DNA from: an uncultured Gammaproteobacteria bacterium
GTDB taxonomy: Bacteria > Patescibacteriota > Patescibacteriia > Magasanikbacterales > UBA922
Length of the DNA stretch: 64,000 nt
Reading direction: 5' to 3'
NCBI GenBank assembly: GCA_964522435.1
Contig: CAZFUL010000005.1
Span: 21,568-85,567 of the forward strand
Part shown: positions 26,543-35,993 of the stretch, one piece after another
Layout of the letters: the number at the start of each line of letters is the position of its first letter
Numbering within the stretch: position 1 is the stretch's first letter
Notes under the pieces: generated by a model
The model's input: only the letters and a program-made list of their open reading frames with translations
Databases searched by the model: none
What the model was told of the DNA's origin: nothing
Made by a program: the position numbers and the translations under genes

Positions 26543-29026
26543 ATGAATCGATTACGATGTTCCTATATTGTGTTATTTTTCGCTGTATTCAGCCTATTTT
26601 TTGCATTTCCTTCTCTGGCACAAGCAGATAATGCCGTTATAGACGGGGATATGGAAATAGAAGGGCTCCCAGAATGGCGTCGCTATGGGAATCCTGATTC
26701 CTGGACTAAAAACACCACGACGGTGTTTGAGGGACAACAAAGTATGCAAATTATCACGAATGGGACCGGTGGTCGTGGGGGCATACAAAAATTTTTTATT
26801 TCGAATAGCCCTATTTTGCTCTATCCTGATACTCCCTATATCTATCGATTTCGCTATCATTTTACCGGGACTCGTATTACGAGTTATTTAGGTATTACTG
26901 ACTCGAATAGTGATTTTCAAAACATGGTATTTACTACCACTACTGCTTCTCAAGGCTGGCAAACCTATACCCGTGAATTTACTATTTCTTCAGATCGTGG
27001 GTATGCCCTGAATGATGATGGGACGGTATTTGATGTTCGGCTTATTATTACGACACAAAATGCAGAGCTGTACGTTGATAACGTAGAAATTATTGAGAAA
27101 AAAGACATTACGATTACCACACCACAGACATTATTTATTACGCAACGAGATGAAGATAATACGGGTGATATCTTGGTTGAGGGAACCTATGTAGGGACAG
27201 CAGAACAGATTGAGGCCCGCTTTAATGGTGGTGCGTGGACCGTTATCGAAGATATGCCAGAAAACGGCGTATTTTCTGCGGTCTTAGAAGATCAACCCGT
27301 GGGACAAGGAGTACTTGAAGTACGTTTTAGTAATGATGAAGAAGTTGTTGATAGTGTTGAGCAGGTAGGTGTTGGCGATTTGTTTGTCATTGCCGGATCG
27401 AGCAATGCAGAAGGGCAATTACTTGAGCTCACTGAATTTAATCATGAATTTCTTCAGGCAACCGTGTACACCGAAGCGGATGTGTGGCAACTCGCCAACG
27501 GTGCCATTGATAGTGATACGGTCTTTGGTTCATTTTGGCCATTGTTTGCCAGCCGCATCATGACAGAACAACATATTCCTATTGGTTTTATTACTACAGC
27601 TGATCAAAACACAGGTGTGTTGACTGGTGATTGGATACCGGGCGGCGCCGCGTACGTTCAGATGATAGAACAGATCCAAGAAGCAACACAACAACAGCAA
27701 CGCGTTGCTGGCGTACTCTTTATGGGAGGAGAACAAGAGTTGCGGGATCAGATTGATTCTGTTGCCTATGCACTTTCGTTACAAGATGTTGCAATTGGTA
27801 TACAACAAGAGACTGGCAATAGTATTCCAGTATTTATTGGTCAAACTCCCGGTATTATTTTTGGTATTGCAGATGCACAAACAGAAGCAGGGTATCTTAC
27901 GGCTATTCGTGTAGGAGAAAAAATCGCCGTGGATAATATTGAAGGACAAGCGCCACTCTATCTAGGGCCTGAGCTCTATGACATTGGACCATTACGAGAC
28001 AATCAATTTATTACCAATGAGCAAGCGGCTCTTGTTGCCAATCGTTGGGCTCTGCGAGTAAGTGATCAATTATATGCCGAGCAAGATTCAGCTGGTCCAC
28101 TTCTGCTTACCGCCACAAGCACGAGTAGTACACTTACGCTTACCTTTGAAGAAGAAACACTTCCATTGATTATTCAAAACAGCGATGCATTTTTGGTACG
28201 CGATGATCAGGGAAGGGTTGGGATTATTTCTGCGGTGATTGATGCAGAGAACCCACTCATTATTCGTATTGTTCTTGAGCGCGCACTAACGCATCCTGCG
28301 TTTATTTCTTTTGGCACCGGCATAGAAGAAGTCGCCTTGACCGATAGTACCCCAGAAGCCTTTGCTGCTCAGTTTGTTGCGCAAGGAGAGATTGTTCTTA
28401 TTGAACCAGAGGTCGTTGAAGAACCAGAAGATAATGGTGGTGGGGGAGATAACCCCGCAGATGGCGAAGAACCGGAAGAGGATAATGACAATAATCCAGA
28501 GGAAGAACCTGTTGATGACGAACAACAAGAAGAGAATAATCCACCACAAGAACAACCTTTAGGCGCGTATTATTATTTTTCACCAAATAGTCAAAAACCA
28601 GCTTCAGAACAATATATTGATCCAGCGCTCTGTCCACTTCCTATTGATTACAGCTTTTTGGAGCCTAGCACGGGTGAGATTTATTATGTAACCGACCGTT
28701 GTGAAAAACGTCGTTATGCATCCTACGAGGTGTATCGATCATATCAGTACAACTACCGAGAACCGTTTATTGACACAAAAGAACGCTTAGCAGATATTCC
28801 TGATGCAAAAGACGCTACCTTATATTGGGGACCCTATACCAAACTTAAAGGAAATCGGTTAGTAACAAGTATCGCAGATGGAAAGATCTATATTGTATTA
28901 GGAAATAAAAAACATTGGCTTCCCAATAAACAAACCTTTGATGCCTTAGGCTTTCGTCTGGATCAGGTCCTTGTGGTGAGTACTGATTTTCTTTTGTCAC
29001 TTGAGCAAGGAGTCACTATACCTTAA
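26543..29026 (+). CDS. Secreted multidomain protein (CBM-like, SGNH/SASA-like, acidic linker, C-terminal surface repeats)
   Basis: Signal peptide; VGVGDLFVIAGSSNA; GVLFMGGE; E/D/N-rich linker. Confidence 0.7.
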   Translation: MNRLRCSYIVLFFAVFSLFFAFPSLAQADNAVIDGDMEIEGLPEWRRYGNPDSWTKNTTTVFEGQQSMQIITNGTGGRGGIQKFFISNSPILLYPDTPYIYRFRYHFTGTRITSYLGITDSNSDFQNMVFTTTTASQGWQTYTREFTISSDRGYALNDDGTVFDVRLIITTQNAELYVDNVEIIEKKDITITTPQTLFITQRDEDNTGDILVEGTYVGTAEQIEARFNGGAWTVIEDMPENGVFSAVLEDQPVGQGVLEVRFSNDEEVVDSVEQVGVGDLFVIAGSSNAEGQLLELTEFNHEFLQATVYTEADVWQLANGAIDSDTVFGSFWPLFASRIMTEQHIPIGFITTADQNTGVLTGDWIPGGAAYVQMIEQIQEATQQQQRVAGVLFMGGEQELRDQIDSVAYALSLQDVAIGIQQETGNSIPVFIGQTPGIIFGIADAQTEAGYLTAIRVGEKIAVDNIEGQAPLYLGPELYDIGPLRDNQFITNEQAALVANRWALRVSDQLYAEQDSAGPLLLTATSTSSTLTLTFEEETLPLIIQNSDAFLVRDDQGRVGIISAVIDAENPLIIRIVLERALTHPAFISFGTGIEEVALTDSTPEAFAAQFVAQGEIVLIEPEVVEEPEDNGGGGDNPADGEEPEEDNDNNPEEEPVDDEQQEENNPPQEQPLGAYYYFSPNSQKPASEQYIDPALCPLPIDYSFLEPSTGEIYYVTDRCEKRRYASYEVYRSYQYNYREPFIDTKERLADIPDAKDATLYWGPYTKLKGNRLVTSIADGKIYIVLGNKKHWLPNKQTFDALGFRLDQVLVVSTDFLLSLEQGVTIP

Positions 29027-29087
29027 TCCAAGCGACAGTGATACCTGATACCAAAAAAACAGAGAAGAGAGACTCTGTTTTTTTGTG

Positions 29088-29288
29088 CTACTTTCTTTTT
29101 TTCTCGATCCATTCTTGTACGGTGATATATTCTTGTTGTTCCATAAAATAATTGCCGTCTGGTGAAAATACTTCATACGCTACGGTATGGGGAATAATGG
29201 CTGCCCTGGTAATTATATAGACGGTTAGGAACAGAGCCGGCAGAACAACGACTGTTAGTAATATGGAAATACCTATGCTTTTTTTCAT
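29088..29288 (-). CDS. Small single-TM protein
   Basis: MKKSIGISILL...; ATG overlaps the upstream stop. Confidence 0.55.
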   Translation of the reverse strand: MKKSIGISILLTVVVLPALFLTVYIITRAAIIPHTVAYEVFSPDGNYFMEQQEYITVQEWIEKKRK

Positions 29289-30604
29289 AGAGAGGATGAT
29301 GGTTTCTGTGATTGTGTGTGCATGAGTAAAAGCGCGAACAGGCTCCACCAGAGAATGCTCCAATCATTTTTACTATAGGGACTATCAACAAAGCCGGTAA
29401 TAATCCAGGTGGTCATACTAGCGAGTAAATATATCGGCAGGAGATTATTCTTTTTTTGTATTGCTGTGAGAGAGACGCGGATAAACCAGACAAGAAGCCA
29501 GGTAAAGGCAATCATTCCCAAGAGACCCAGGTTCATCCACATGGTTAAAAAGATATTGTGTGGATGGTGAAACACTTCAATCCATTTATCAATACGATAG
29601 GGATAAATGCGTTGTTGATATGAGGCAAGACCTGCTCCAACAACCGGATGTTCGCTAATATATTGTACGGCTTCTCCCCACATGTCAACACGAATTTGAC
29701 CAGAACGATCTTGAGCAAGCAGTTCTTGTTTTATTGGGTGCGTTGCTGGCATGGCAATGAGGATTGCCAAACCCAGCATACCAAGAATAACCGCAGGAAT
29801 GCGTGTTTTTTTATAACACAGCAGCAGGATACCTATTCCTCCTGTTACGCCAATTATTGCGCCGGTTGATTGAGCAAAAAGAATCGCAAACGGGGCGGTG
29901 AGCAAAAAGAGTGCGGAAATAATCGCCGTAGTGATTGATAGGGGGAGGAACTTCTTTCCTTTGTTTTTCCACACGGTTGCAATAACAAATAGCGCAAGAG
30001 GAATAAGTGGGGCTAAAAATAACCCAACCCCATTCGGGAAACCGTACCAACCGGTTATTCGGTAGGTATTACGATTTTCCCAAAAATCCCAGGGCACCAT
30101 CCATCCCGTTTGTTGTTGATAGAGAGAGAGCATTGCCGTAATCAGACCAAGTGTGAGGAGTGGTAAAAAAATGGTATGAGTGATTGCTGATTCTTGTGTC
30201 TGTTTTTTTGTTTTTGTAAACGCTGTTATAAGTATGAGTGCAAACAGTATTGGTTCAATATAAAACGCTTTCCATTCGCCGAGCGCCGCGCGTGTATTGA
30301 TGCTGGTGATGACACTTATCGTTGCGGCAATAATAAAGAGCAGTGTTCCCATACACAAAGAAGGGTGTGTCCGCCAAAGATCCTGAACCGTATGACGAAT
30401 TGTTTGTATGATATGCTTTCGTTCGTGTATTCCCCAGGTGATAATAAGAATCAACAACAATATTTCTAAAAAGGTTGTGGAGATTGGTCCAATGCTAAAA
30501 CGGACCAGGTAACTAGGAAGAAGGAAAAAAAATACCGCAAGCGCAATACGCCAACGAAGCAGAGCGATCGTGGTAAAGCAGAGAAAAGAAATCGTGAGGA
30601 GCAT
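29285..30604 (-). CDS. O-antigen ligase/Wzy-like membrane protein
   Basis: Multi-TM; R..MW..A, HPVVGAG, HPHNIFL. Confidence 0.88.
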   Translation of the reverse strand: MLLTISFLCFTTIALLRWRIALAVFFFLLPSYLVRFSIGPISTTFLEILLLILIITWGIHERKHIIQTIRHTVQDLWRTHPSLCMGTLLFIIAATISVITSINTRAALGEWKAFYIEPILFALILITAFTKTKKQTQESAITHTIFLPLLTLGLITAMLSLYQQQTGWMVPWDFWENRNTYRITGWYGFPNGVGLFLAPLIPLALFVIATVWKNKGKKFLPLSITTAIISALFLLTAPFAILFAQSTGAIIGVTGGIGILLLCYKKTRIPAVILGMLGLAILIAMPATHPIKQELLAQDRSGQIRVDMWGEAVQYISEHPVVGAGLASYQQRIYPYRIDKWIEVFHHPHNIFLTMWMNLGLLGMIAFTWLLVWFIRVSLTAIQKKNNLLPIYLLASMTTWIITGFVDSPYSKNDWSILWWSLFALLLMHTQSQKPSSSL

Positions 30605-30609
30605 AGCAA

Positions 30610-32028
30610 TTAGGAGCGTGAAAAAATTTCAACAAGGGTTTGTTTTTTTATTCCTCCCAGGGCATAGAGGACGACCGCATATATGGCTATTGCCATACCA
30701 ATACGCATGAGTGTATGCAGATGGGCAAAGAACCACAGGGCAACACACATAAGAGCTGTTGCCATACATACTTTGAAAAAGGTTTTATAGGATAAGCGTT
30801 CTCCCAATATACGATGCACGACAATAAATAATAATACCCCAACAAGCAGTTCAGAAAACACACTCATCCATGCGGCGCCAAGCATCCCAAATCGGGGAAT
30901 AAAATAGAGGTATCCAATAAGGGTAATCCCTGCCCCAAGGATATAAATCCACATGGTTTTTTTTTGCTGATCAATAGCCACCGCAACATGGCCAAAAATG
31001 GAGCCAAGGTATAATCCAAATATGGCAAGAGAAAGAATTTGTAATGGGACACCAGCTGCAGAAAATTCTGCGCCAGCAACCAAGGTCATGATGGGTGTTG
31101 CGAGCATATATAAGCCCGCAACCATAGGAATCGCCATCATCATCATGCCATCAAACGATTGTTGATAGCGCTTACTAAAAAGGCTATGGTCTGATTGCGC
31201 ATAGGCGAATCCGAGTAATGGGAGGAGTAGTCCCATAAGGAGCATGGCGGTTTGAGAAACTAAATCAATAACTCGGTAGGCTGCTCCGTAGAGCCCTACT
31301 TCACTCGCGCTTCGCACCAGAGAGAGAATAATCGCGTCACCTTTAAGGTACATCACATTAAATATAATAGAGATGGCAATAGGCCACATTTTTACCATAA
31401 TCGCTTTCCATATGAGCCGATCATAGGAAAAACGCAGCGGTTGTATCTTATTGACGCCATAGAGAAGGTACGCGGTGTGTGCGATGCTTGCCACAGTGAT
31501 TACCCACATAAGCGGGAGAAATCCGTAGGATCCTTTGATAACTGCCCAGAGACCTACGACGAGGACAATACGGCTCATAACTTCTGCAATCGCCTGAATA
31601 TGCATGTTGAGTTTATATTGGAGCAATCCCGTTGCTACTTGGTTGAGGGCAATAGCAATAAAAGAAATAGTAATAATACTTACCGCATGACGAATTTCTG
31701 TCGTATAGGGAAATAAGAGAATGACAAATGGAACCGTTGCTAAACACAGACAGGCCGTGACTAAGCGGAAGGTGAAAATATTTTGAAAAAGTGTTGTTTT
31801 TTCAAATCGTCCTTCGCTTAACATCTGCGCCGTTACCGGGATCATGCCAAAGTCAATGAGAATACCAACAAATTGTAAAAAATAAATTGCTGTCGTATAC
31901 CAGCCAAATTGTTCTTGCCCTAAGTAGCGAGTCATCATGCCAATCGCAATCAAACCTAAAAAGGTAGAAATAATTTTTCCAATCAGTTGAATAATGGTAT
32001 TGTGGGCAATTTTTTTTGTGGTTGACAT
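30610..32028 (-). CDS. Wzx-type polysaccharide flippase
   Basis: MOP fold; RYLG..QFG.Y, DFG, VGLYGAAYR. Confidence 0.9.
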   Translation of the reverse strand: MSTTKKIAHNTIIQLIGKIISTFLGLIAIGMMTRYLGQEQFGWYTTAIYFLQFVGILIDFGMIPVTAQMLSEGRFEKTTLFQNIFTFRLVTACLCLATVPFVILLFPYTTEIRHAVSIITISFIAIALNQVATGLLQYKLNMHIQAIAEVMSRIVLVVGLWAVIKGSYGFLPLMWVITVASIAHTAYLLYGVNKIQPLRFSYDRLIWKAIMVKMWPIAISIIFNVMYLKGDAIILSLVRSASEVGLYGAAYRVIDLVSQTAMLLMGLLLPLLGFAYAQSDHSLFSKRYQQSFDGMMMMAIPMVAGLYMLATPIMTLVAGAEFSAAGVPLQILSLAIFGLYLGSIFGHVAVAIDQQKKTMWIYILGAGITLIGYLYFIPRFGMLGAAWMSVFSELLVGVLLFIVVHRILGERLSYKTFFKVCMATALMCVALWFFAHLHTLMRIGMAIAIYAVVLYALGGIKKQTLVEIFSRS

Positions 32029-32138
32029 AGGAAAACACTATGCAAAATATATCACTGTTTCTTGCTTTATTCAATTGTTTCGTTTCGCATATTTTGCTAT
32101 ACTAAAAAACACTTCCTTCTCTTTATCTTGTTAGTATT

Positions 32139-33950
32139 ATGAATAAAGCCTATTATTTTTTTCTCTCACTCGTCGTGATTTTTTTTGCTTGTGTGAGTAC
32201 TGCTCCCGTACAGGCGGCTGATCCAAAACCGACCATCCGCGATGCCCAAGCCTATCAAGCCAAATATGTTTCTCAAAGCGTTGCTGATCCTATTGTTATT
32301 GAGGCAGGGGAAAGTAAGGTGGTGGATATTACCTTTAAAAATACCGGAACCGCAACCTGGAATACCAGCGGTTCTCGCTATATTTCTGCCTACACCATGG
32401 AACCCCGAGAACGGGTATCTGTGTTTTTGAATGCAAAACAGACGAAACCAATTCTTAAACCCGCTAAGCCCGGAGAAAACGCTGTATTACGGTTAACGCT
32501 TACGGCGCCAGAAAAAGTTGGCGAGTATACAGAAGAATTTTATTTAGCTGCAGAAAATTATTCTTGGCTCCAAGGGGGATATTTTTTCTTAAAAATAGTG
32601 GTTGTCCCCAAAAAAACACTGACGGTACAACATACTACCACAACCCCGGTTGCTGCCAGCGGAACACCAGCATCTGCCGCAGATGCAAAGCTCATGGGGC
32701 AAAGCATAAAAACTGTGACAACCAAAGGTGGGGAGCCAGTATCACTTAAAGTGTTGTTTCAACACACAGGCAAAGAGGCGTGGAAAGGCTACAATCTTAT
32801 TGCAAAAGAAGGCTCTGGTGCCGTAATTGCCGATGACTCTTGGAAAGACGCTCGTACTATTGTTGATCGCAGTAGTACGGCAGTGGCGGCGGGAAGTATT
32901 GTAAAAGAGACCATAACCTTTCGAGCGCCATCAAAAGTCGGAAGCTATGAAGCACAATTTTTTCTCGAAGGAAAAGAGCAATCAGCCGCGATTGTCATGA
33001 TACAGGTAACAGAAGATGCAAAGAGCGATACATTGCCATTTGCTCCTGTGGATTCAGAGGTGTCTGAGGAGACCCCGCGTGTGGCAGAGGAACCACGGAT
33101 ACGTGTGGGACTGGTAGGAGAAGGGACGACGGTGCAATTTGTTTCCTATGACGATGAGTATGCCGTACTTGTTGATGGGTTGTCTGAAGGAACATTGCCA
33201 AAAAGAAAAGTAGCTATTGTTATCTATGACAATGGAATTTATCGAGTGCGAGGTGCAGGATTAGACATAAACACGAGCGGCGTGGTTCGCTTTGAACCAA
33301 TGAATAATCCGCATGCCATTATCGAAGTCATGAATGGATTAAAAGATCGTAGTATTGGTTGGGTGGGACCAAGTCGCTTCATCCGCTATCATGGAGCGGT
33401 AGAATATCGTCGTGGGGTAAAAGATGGAGAAATGTATGTGGTAAATGATCTGTTACTTGAGGATTATGTAAAAGGTATTGCGGAAACAGGCAAAGAGGTG
33501 CATGAAGAAGCCGTGAAAGCAAATATTATTGCTGCAAGAACCTATGCCTATTTGAGTAAAGGAAAATATGCGTTTTTTGATGTCTTGGGCAGTACCTATG
33601 ATCAGTTATATTTAGGGGCGGATGTCGCACAGTTTTTAACAAAAGTGCCGCTCGCTACCCAAGCGACACGTGGACAAATGGTGACCTATAATGATGAGAT
33701 TGTTACCACGCCCTATTTTGGCAATTCTAACGGGAAGACAAAAAGTTGGAGTAGTGTGTGGGGAGGGGCAAATAAACCATGGCTTGTTCCCGTCAGTGCT
33801 GCCTATGATGCGGGGCGAAAACAATTTGGTCATGGCGTAGGCATGAGTCAACGCGATGCGGCGCTGAAAGCAGCAAAAGATGCTTGGGATTATAAACAAA
33901 TTTTAGGACATTATTATACCAATACAGACGTTACCCTCATTTATCGCTAG
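32139..33950 (+). CDS. SpoIID/LytB-domain protein with Ig-like (NBR1-type) domains
   Basis: FKNTGTATW; LEDYVKGIAE, AARTYA, GHGVGMSQ. Confidence 0.85.
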   Translation: MNKAYYFFLSLVVIFFACVSTAPVQAADPKPTIRDAQAYQAKYVSQSVADPIVIEAGESKVVDITFKNTGTATWNTSGSRYISAYTMEPRERVSVFLNAKQTKPILKPAKPGENAVLRLTLTAPEKVGEYTEEFYLAAENYSWLQGGYFFLKIVVVPKKTLTVQHTTTTPVAASGTPASAADAKLMGQSIKTVTTKGGEPVSLKVLFQHTGKEAWKGYNLIAKEGSGAVIADDSWKDARTIVDRSSTAVAAGSIVKETITFRAPSKVGSYEAQFFLEGKEQSAAIVMIQVTEDAKSDTLPFAPVDSEVSEETPRVAEEPRIRVGLVGEGTTVQFVSYDDEYAVLVDGLSEGTLPKRKVAIVIYDNGIYRVRGAGLDINTSGVVRFEPMNNPHAIIEVMNGLKDRSIGWVGPSRFIRYHGAVEYRRGVKDGEMYVVNDLLLEDYVKGIAETGKEVHEEAVKANIIAARTYAYLSKGKYAFFDVLGSTYDQLYLGADVAQFLTKVPLATQATRGQMVTYNDEIVTTPYFGNSNGKTKSWSSVWGGANKPWLVPVSAAYDAGRKQFGHGVGMSQRDAALKAAKDAWDYKQILGHYYTNTDVTLIYR

Positions 33951-34008
33951 AGCTTGAAATAAAAAACAGAGTGTTTCCACTCTGTTTTTATGTTGATAGC
34001 TATATTTT

Positions 34009-35076
34009 TTATTGTGTTTCTTCTACATCTTCTGCTTCTCCACTTTTACCACCTTCTTCGTCAGGAGCTTGACCACGGTCAACGGCTTCCCAAATTTTTT
34101 CGGTAATTTGTTTCATCAGTTTTGGATTTTCTTTTAAGTGCATTTTTACTTTTTCTCTTCCAACGCCCAATTTTTCTTCACCAAAGCTATAACTGTTTCC
34201 TGATTTTTGTACCACTTTTTCTTGCACCGCAACATCTAACACGTCACCGGCAACAGAAATACCTTCATTATACATAATATCAAATTCGGTCGTTCTAAAT
34301 GGGGCAGCTACTTTATTTTTTACAATTTTTACTTTTACGCGGTTTCCAATAATTTTTTCTGCTTGTTTAATTTGCGCACTTCTGCGAATTTCAATACGAA
34401 CAGAAGAGTAAAATTTTAAGGCGTTTCCACCCGTTGTTGTTTCTGGATTGCCAAAAAAGACCCCAATTTTATTTCGTGTTTGGTTGATAAAGACCACAAT
34501 CGTATTTGTTTTACTCACAATACCCGTTAACTTGCGTAATGCTTGACTCATAAGACGTGCTTGTAGTCCCATGTGTGAGTCACCCATTTCTCCTTCAATT
34601 TCTGCTTTTGGCACTAAGGCCGCAACAGAGTCGATAACCACAACGTCAACCGCATTAGAGCGCACTAAGGTTTCTAAAATTTCTAATGCTTGTTCTCCGG
34701 TGTCTGGTTGAGAAATAAGTAAATTATCAACATCGACGCCAATTTTGCGTGCATAGTCTGGATCAAGTGCATGTTCTGCGTCAATAAACGCAGCAATACC
34801 GCCCTTTTTTTGCACCTCAGCAACAATGTGTTGCGCGAGGGTTGTTTTACCACTGGATTCTGGTCCAAAGATTTCAATAACACGTCCACGTGGGACACCA
34901 CGCACGCCAAGAGCAATATCTAAAGAAATACTTCCTGTTGGAACAACGTCAACATTGGTTGCACGCGCTTCGCCAAATTTCATAATAGAGCCAGCGCCAA
35001 AGCGTTGTTTAATTTGCTCTACGGCGCTTTGTGCTGCGTCTAATTTTGCTGTTACCTGTTCGCTTTGTTTTGCCAT
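34009..35076 (-). CDS. recA: Recombinase A
   Basis: [26 protein letters not shown]. Confidence 0.98.
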   Translation of the reverse strand: MAKQSEQVTAKLDAAQSAVEQIKQRFGAGSIMKFGEARATNVDVVPTGSISLDIALGVRGVPRGRVIEIFGPESSGKTTLAQHIVAEVQKKGGIAAFIDAEHALDPDYARKIGVDVDNLLISQPDTGEQALEILETLVRSNAVDVVVIDSVAALVPKAEIEGEMGDSHMGLQARLMSQALRKLTGIVSKTNTIVVFINQTRNKIGVFFGNPETTTGGNALKFYSSVRIEIRRSAQIKQAEKIIGNRVKVKIVKNKVAAPFRTTEFDIMYNEGISVAGDVLDVAVQEKVVQKSGNSYSFGEEKLGVGREKVKMHLKENPKLMKQITEKIWEAVDRGQAPDEEGGKSGEAEDVEETQ

Positions 35077-35267
35077 AACATATCAAATAATAACCCCAGT
35101 GATTGGGGCGAAGGTTTCCCTTCATTACCAAAAACGTTTCTCTCGTATTGGCGCGCGGTACAGGCACGTCACGTCCAATAATCAATAAATAGTTACATAT
35201 AGATCCCCCCCCTTGTGACCTATAGAATACGTGGTTTTGAAAGCGGTGTCAAACAAAATATATCTGC

Positions 35268-35975
35268 TTATAACTCATTGCTTTGGTGCGCAGAAACAGT
35301 GAGTTGTTGTTCTTTTTTATACACAATATGGCGTGTTTCACTCGTCATTTTTCCGTGTTTTTTTTGAGCAGAAAATATAAGGGTATTTACCCCTTCAGAA
35401 AGACTTATTTCTTCATCAAAGAATCCTTCTTTTGAATTCATAATGGGTTTGCCATTAATATGCACTTGTACCTCAGATTCTGTTTTGCCTTGTACGCGAA
35501 TGAGTGGTGCGCGCGTTACCATACCGTCATAAGGGGCATACACCGCAAGATTGGGTGGCTCAACAATATGTTTTACCTGTAATGCCAAGTACCCGACAAC
35601 GGTGATGAGCAGAAGCATAACCACACTAAAGCGGGCAATAAGCGGAATGTCAGACAAATACGAAAGGAAGGGTTTTTTTTGCTGTTTCTTTTTTTGCGCA
35701 TTCTGGCCCCGGAGTTCCTCAAAGACAAATTGATCAATAAAATGTTTTGGGTGTAAGCCGAGGATTTTTATATAGGAACGAATGAAATTTTTTTGATATA
35801 TTTCAGAAAAAGGAAGATTGTCAAACTGACAGGATTCAAGAGCGGTAATATGGTCTTCGCTGGTGCGCAATTTTTTTGCCATATGTGCCAAAGAAATGCC
35901 ACGCGTTTCGCGAGCTTCTTTAAGACGAAAGCACACTCTCTTTGGGGGAGTAATTTTTTTTGTTGTTAACTCCAT
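35268..35975 (-). CDS. RodZ-like HTH membrane protein with a C-terminal Ig-like domain
   Basis: LKEARE..GISL, IRSYIKILGL, TM, LSEGVN. Confidence 0.8.
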   Translation of the reverse strand: MELTTKKITPPKRVCFRLKEARETRGISLAHMAKKLRTSEDHITALESCQFDNLPFSEIYQKNFIRSYIKILGLHPKHFIDQFVFEELRGQNAQKKKQQKKPFLSYLSDIPLIARFSVVMLLLITVVGYLALQVKHIVEPPNLAVYAPYDGMVTRAPLIRVQGKTESEVQVHINGKPIMNSKEGFFDEEISLSEGVNTLIFSAQKKHGKMTSETRHIVYKKEQQLTVSAHQSNEL

Positions 35976-35993
35976 ATCGGGGCAACAGAATAA

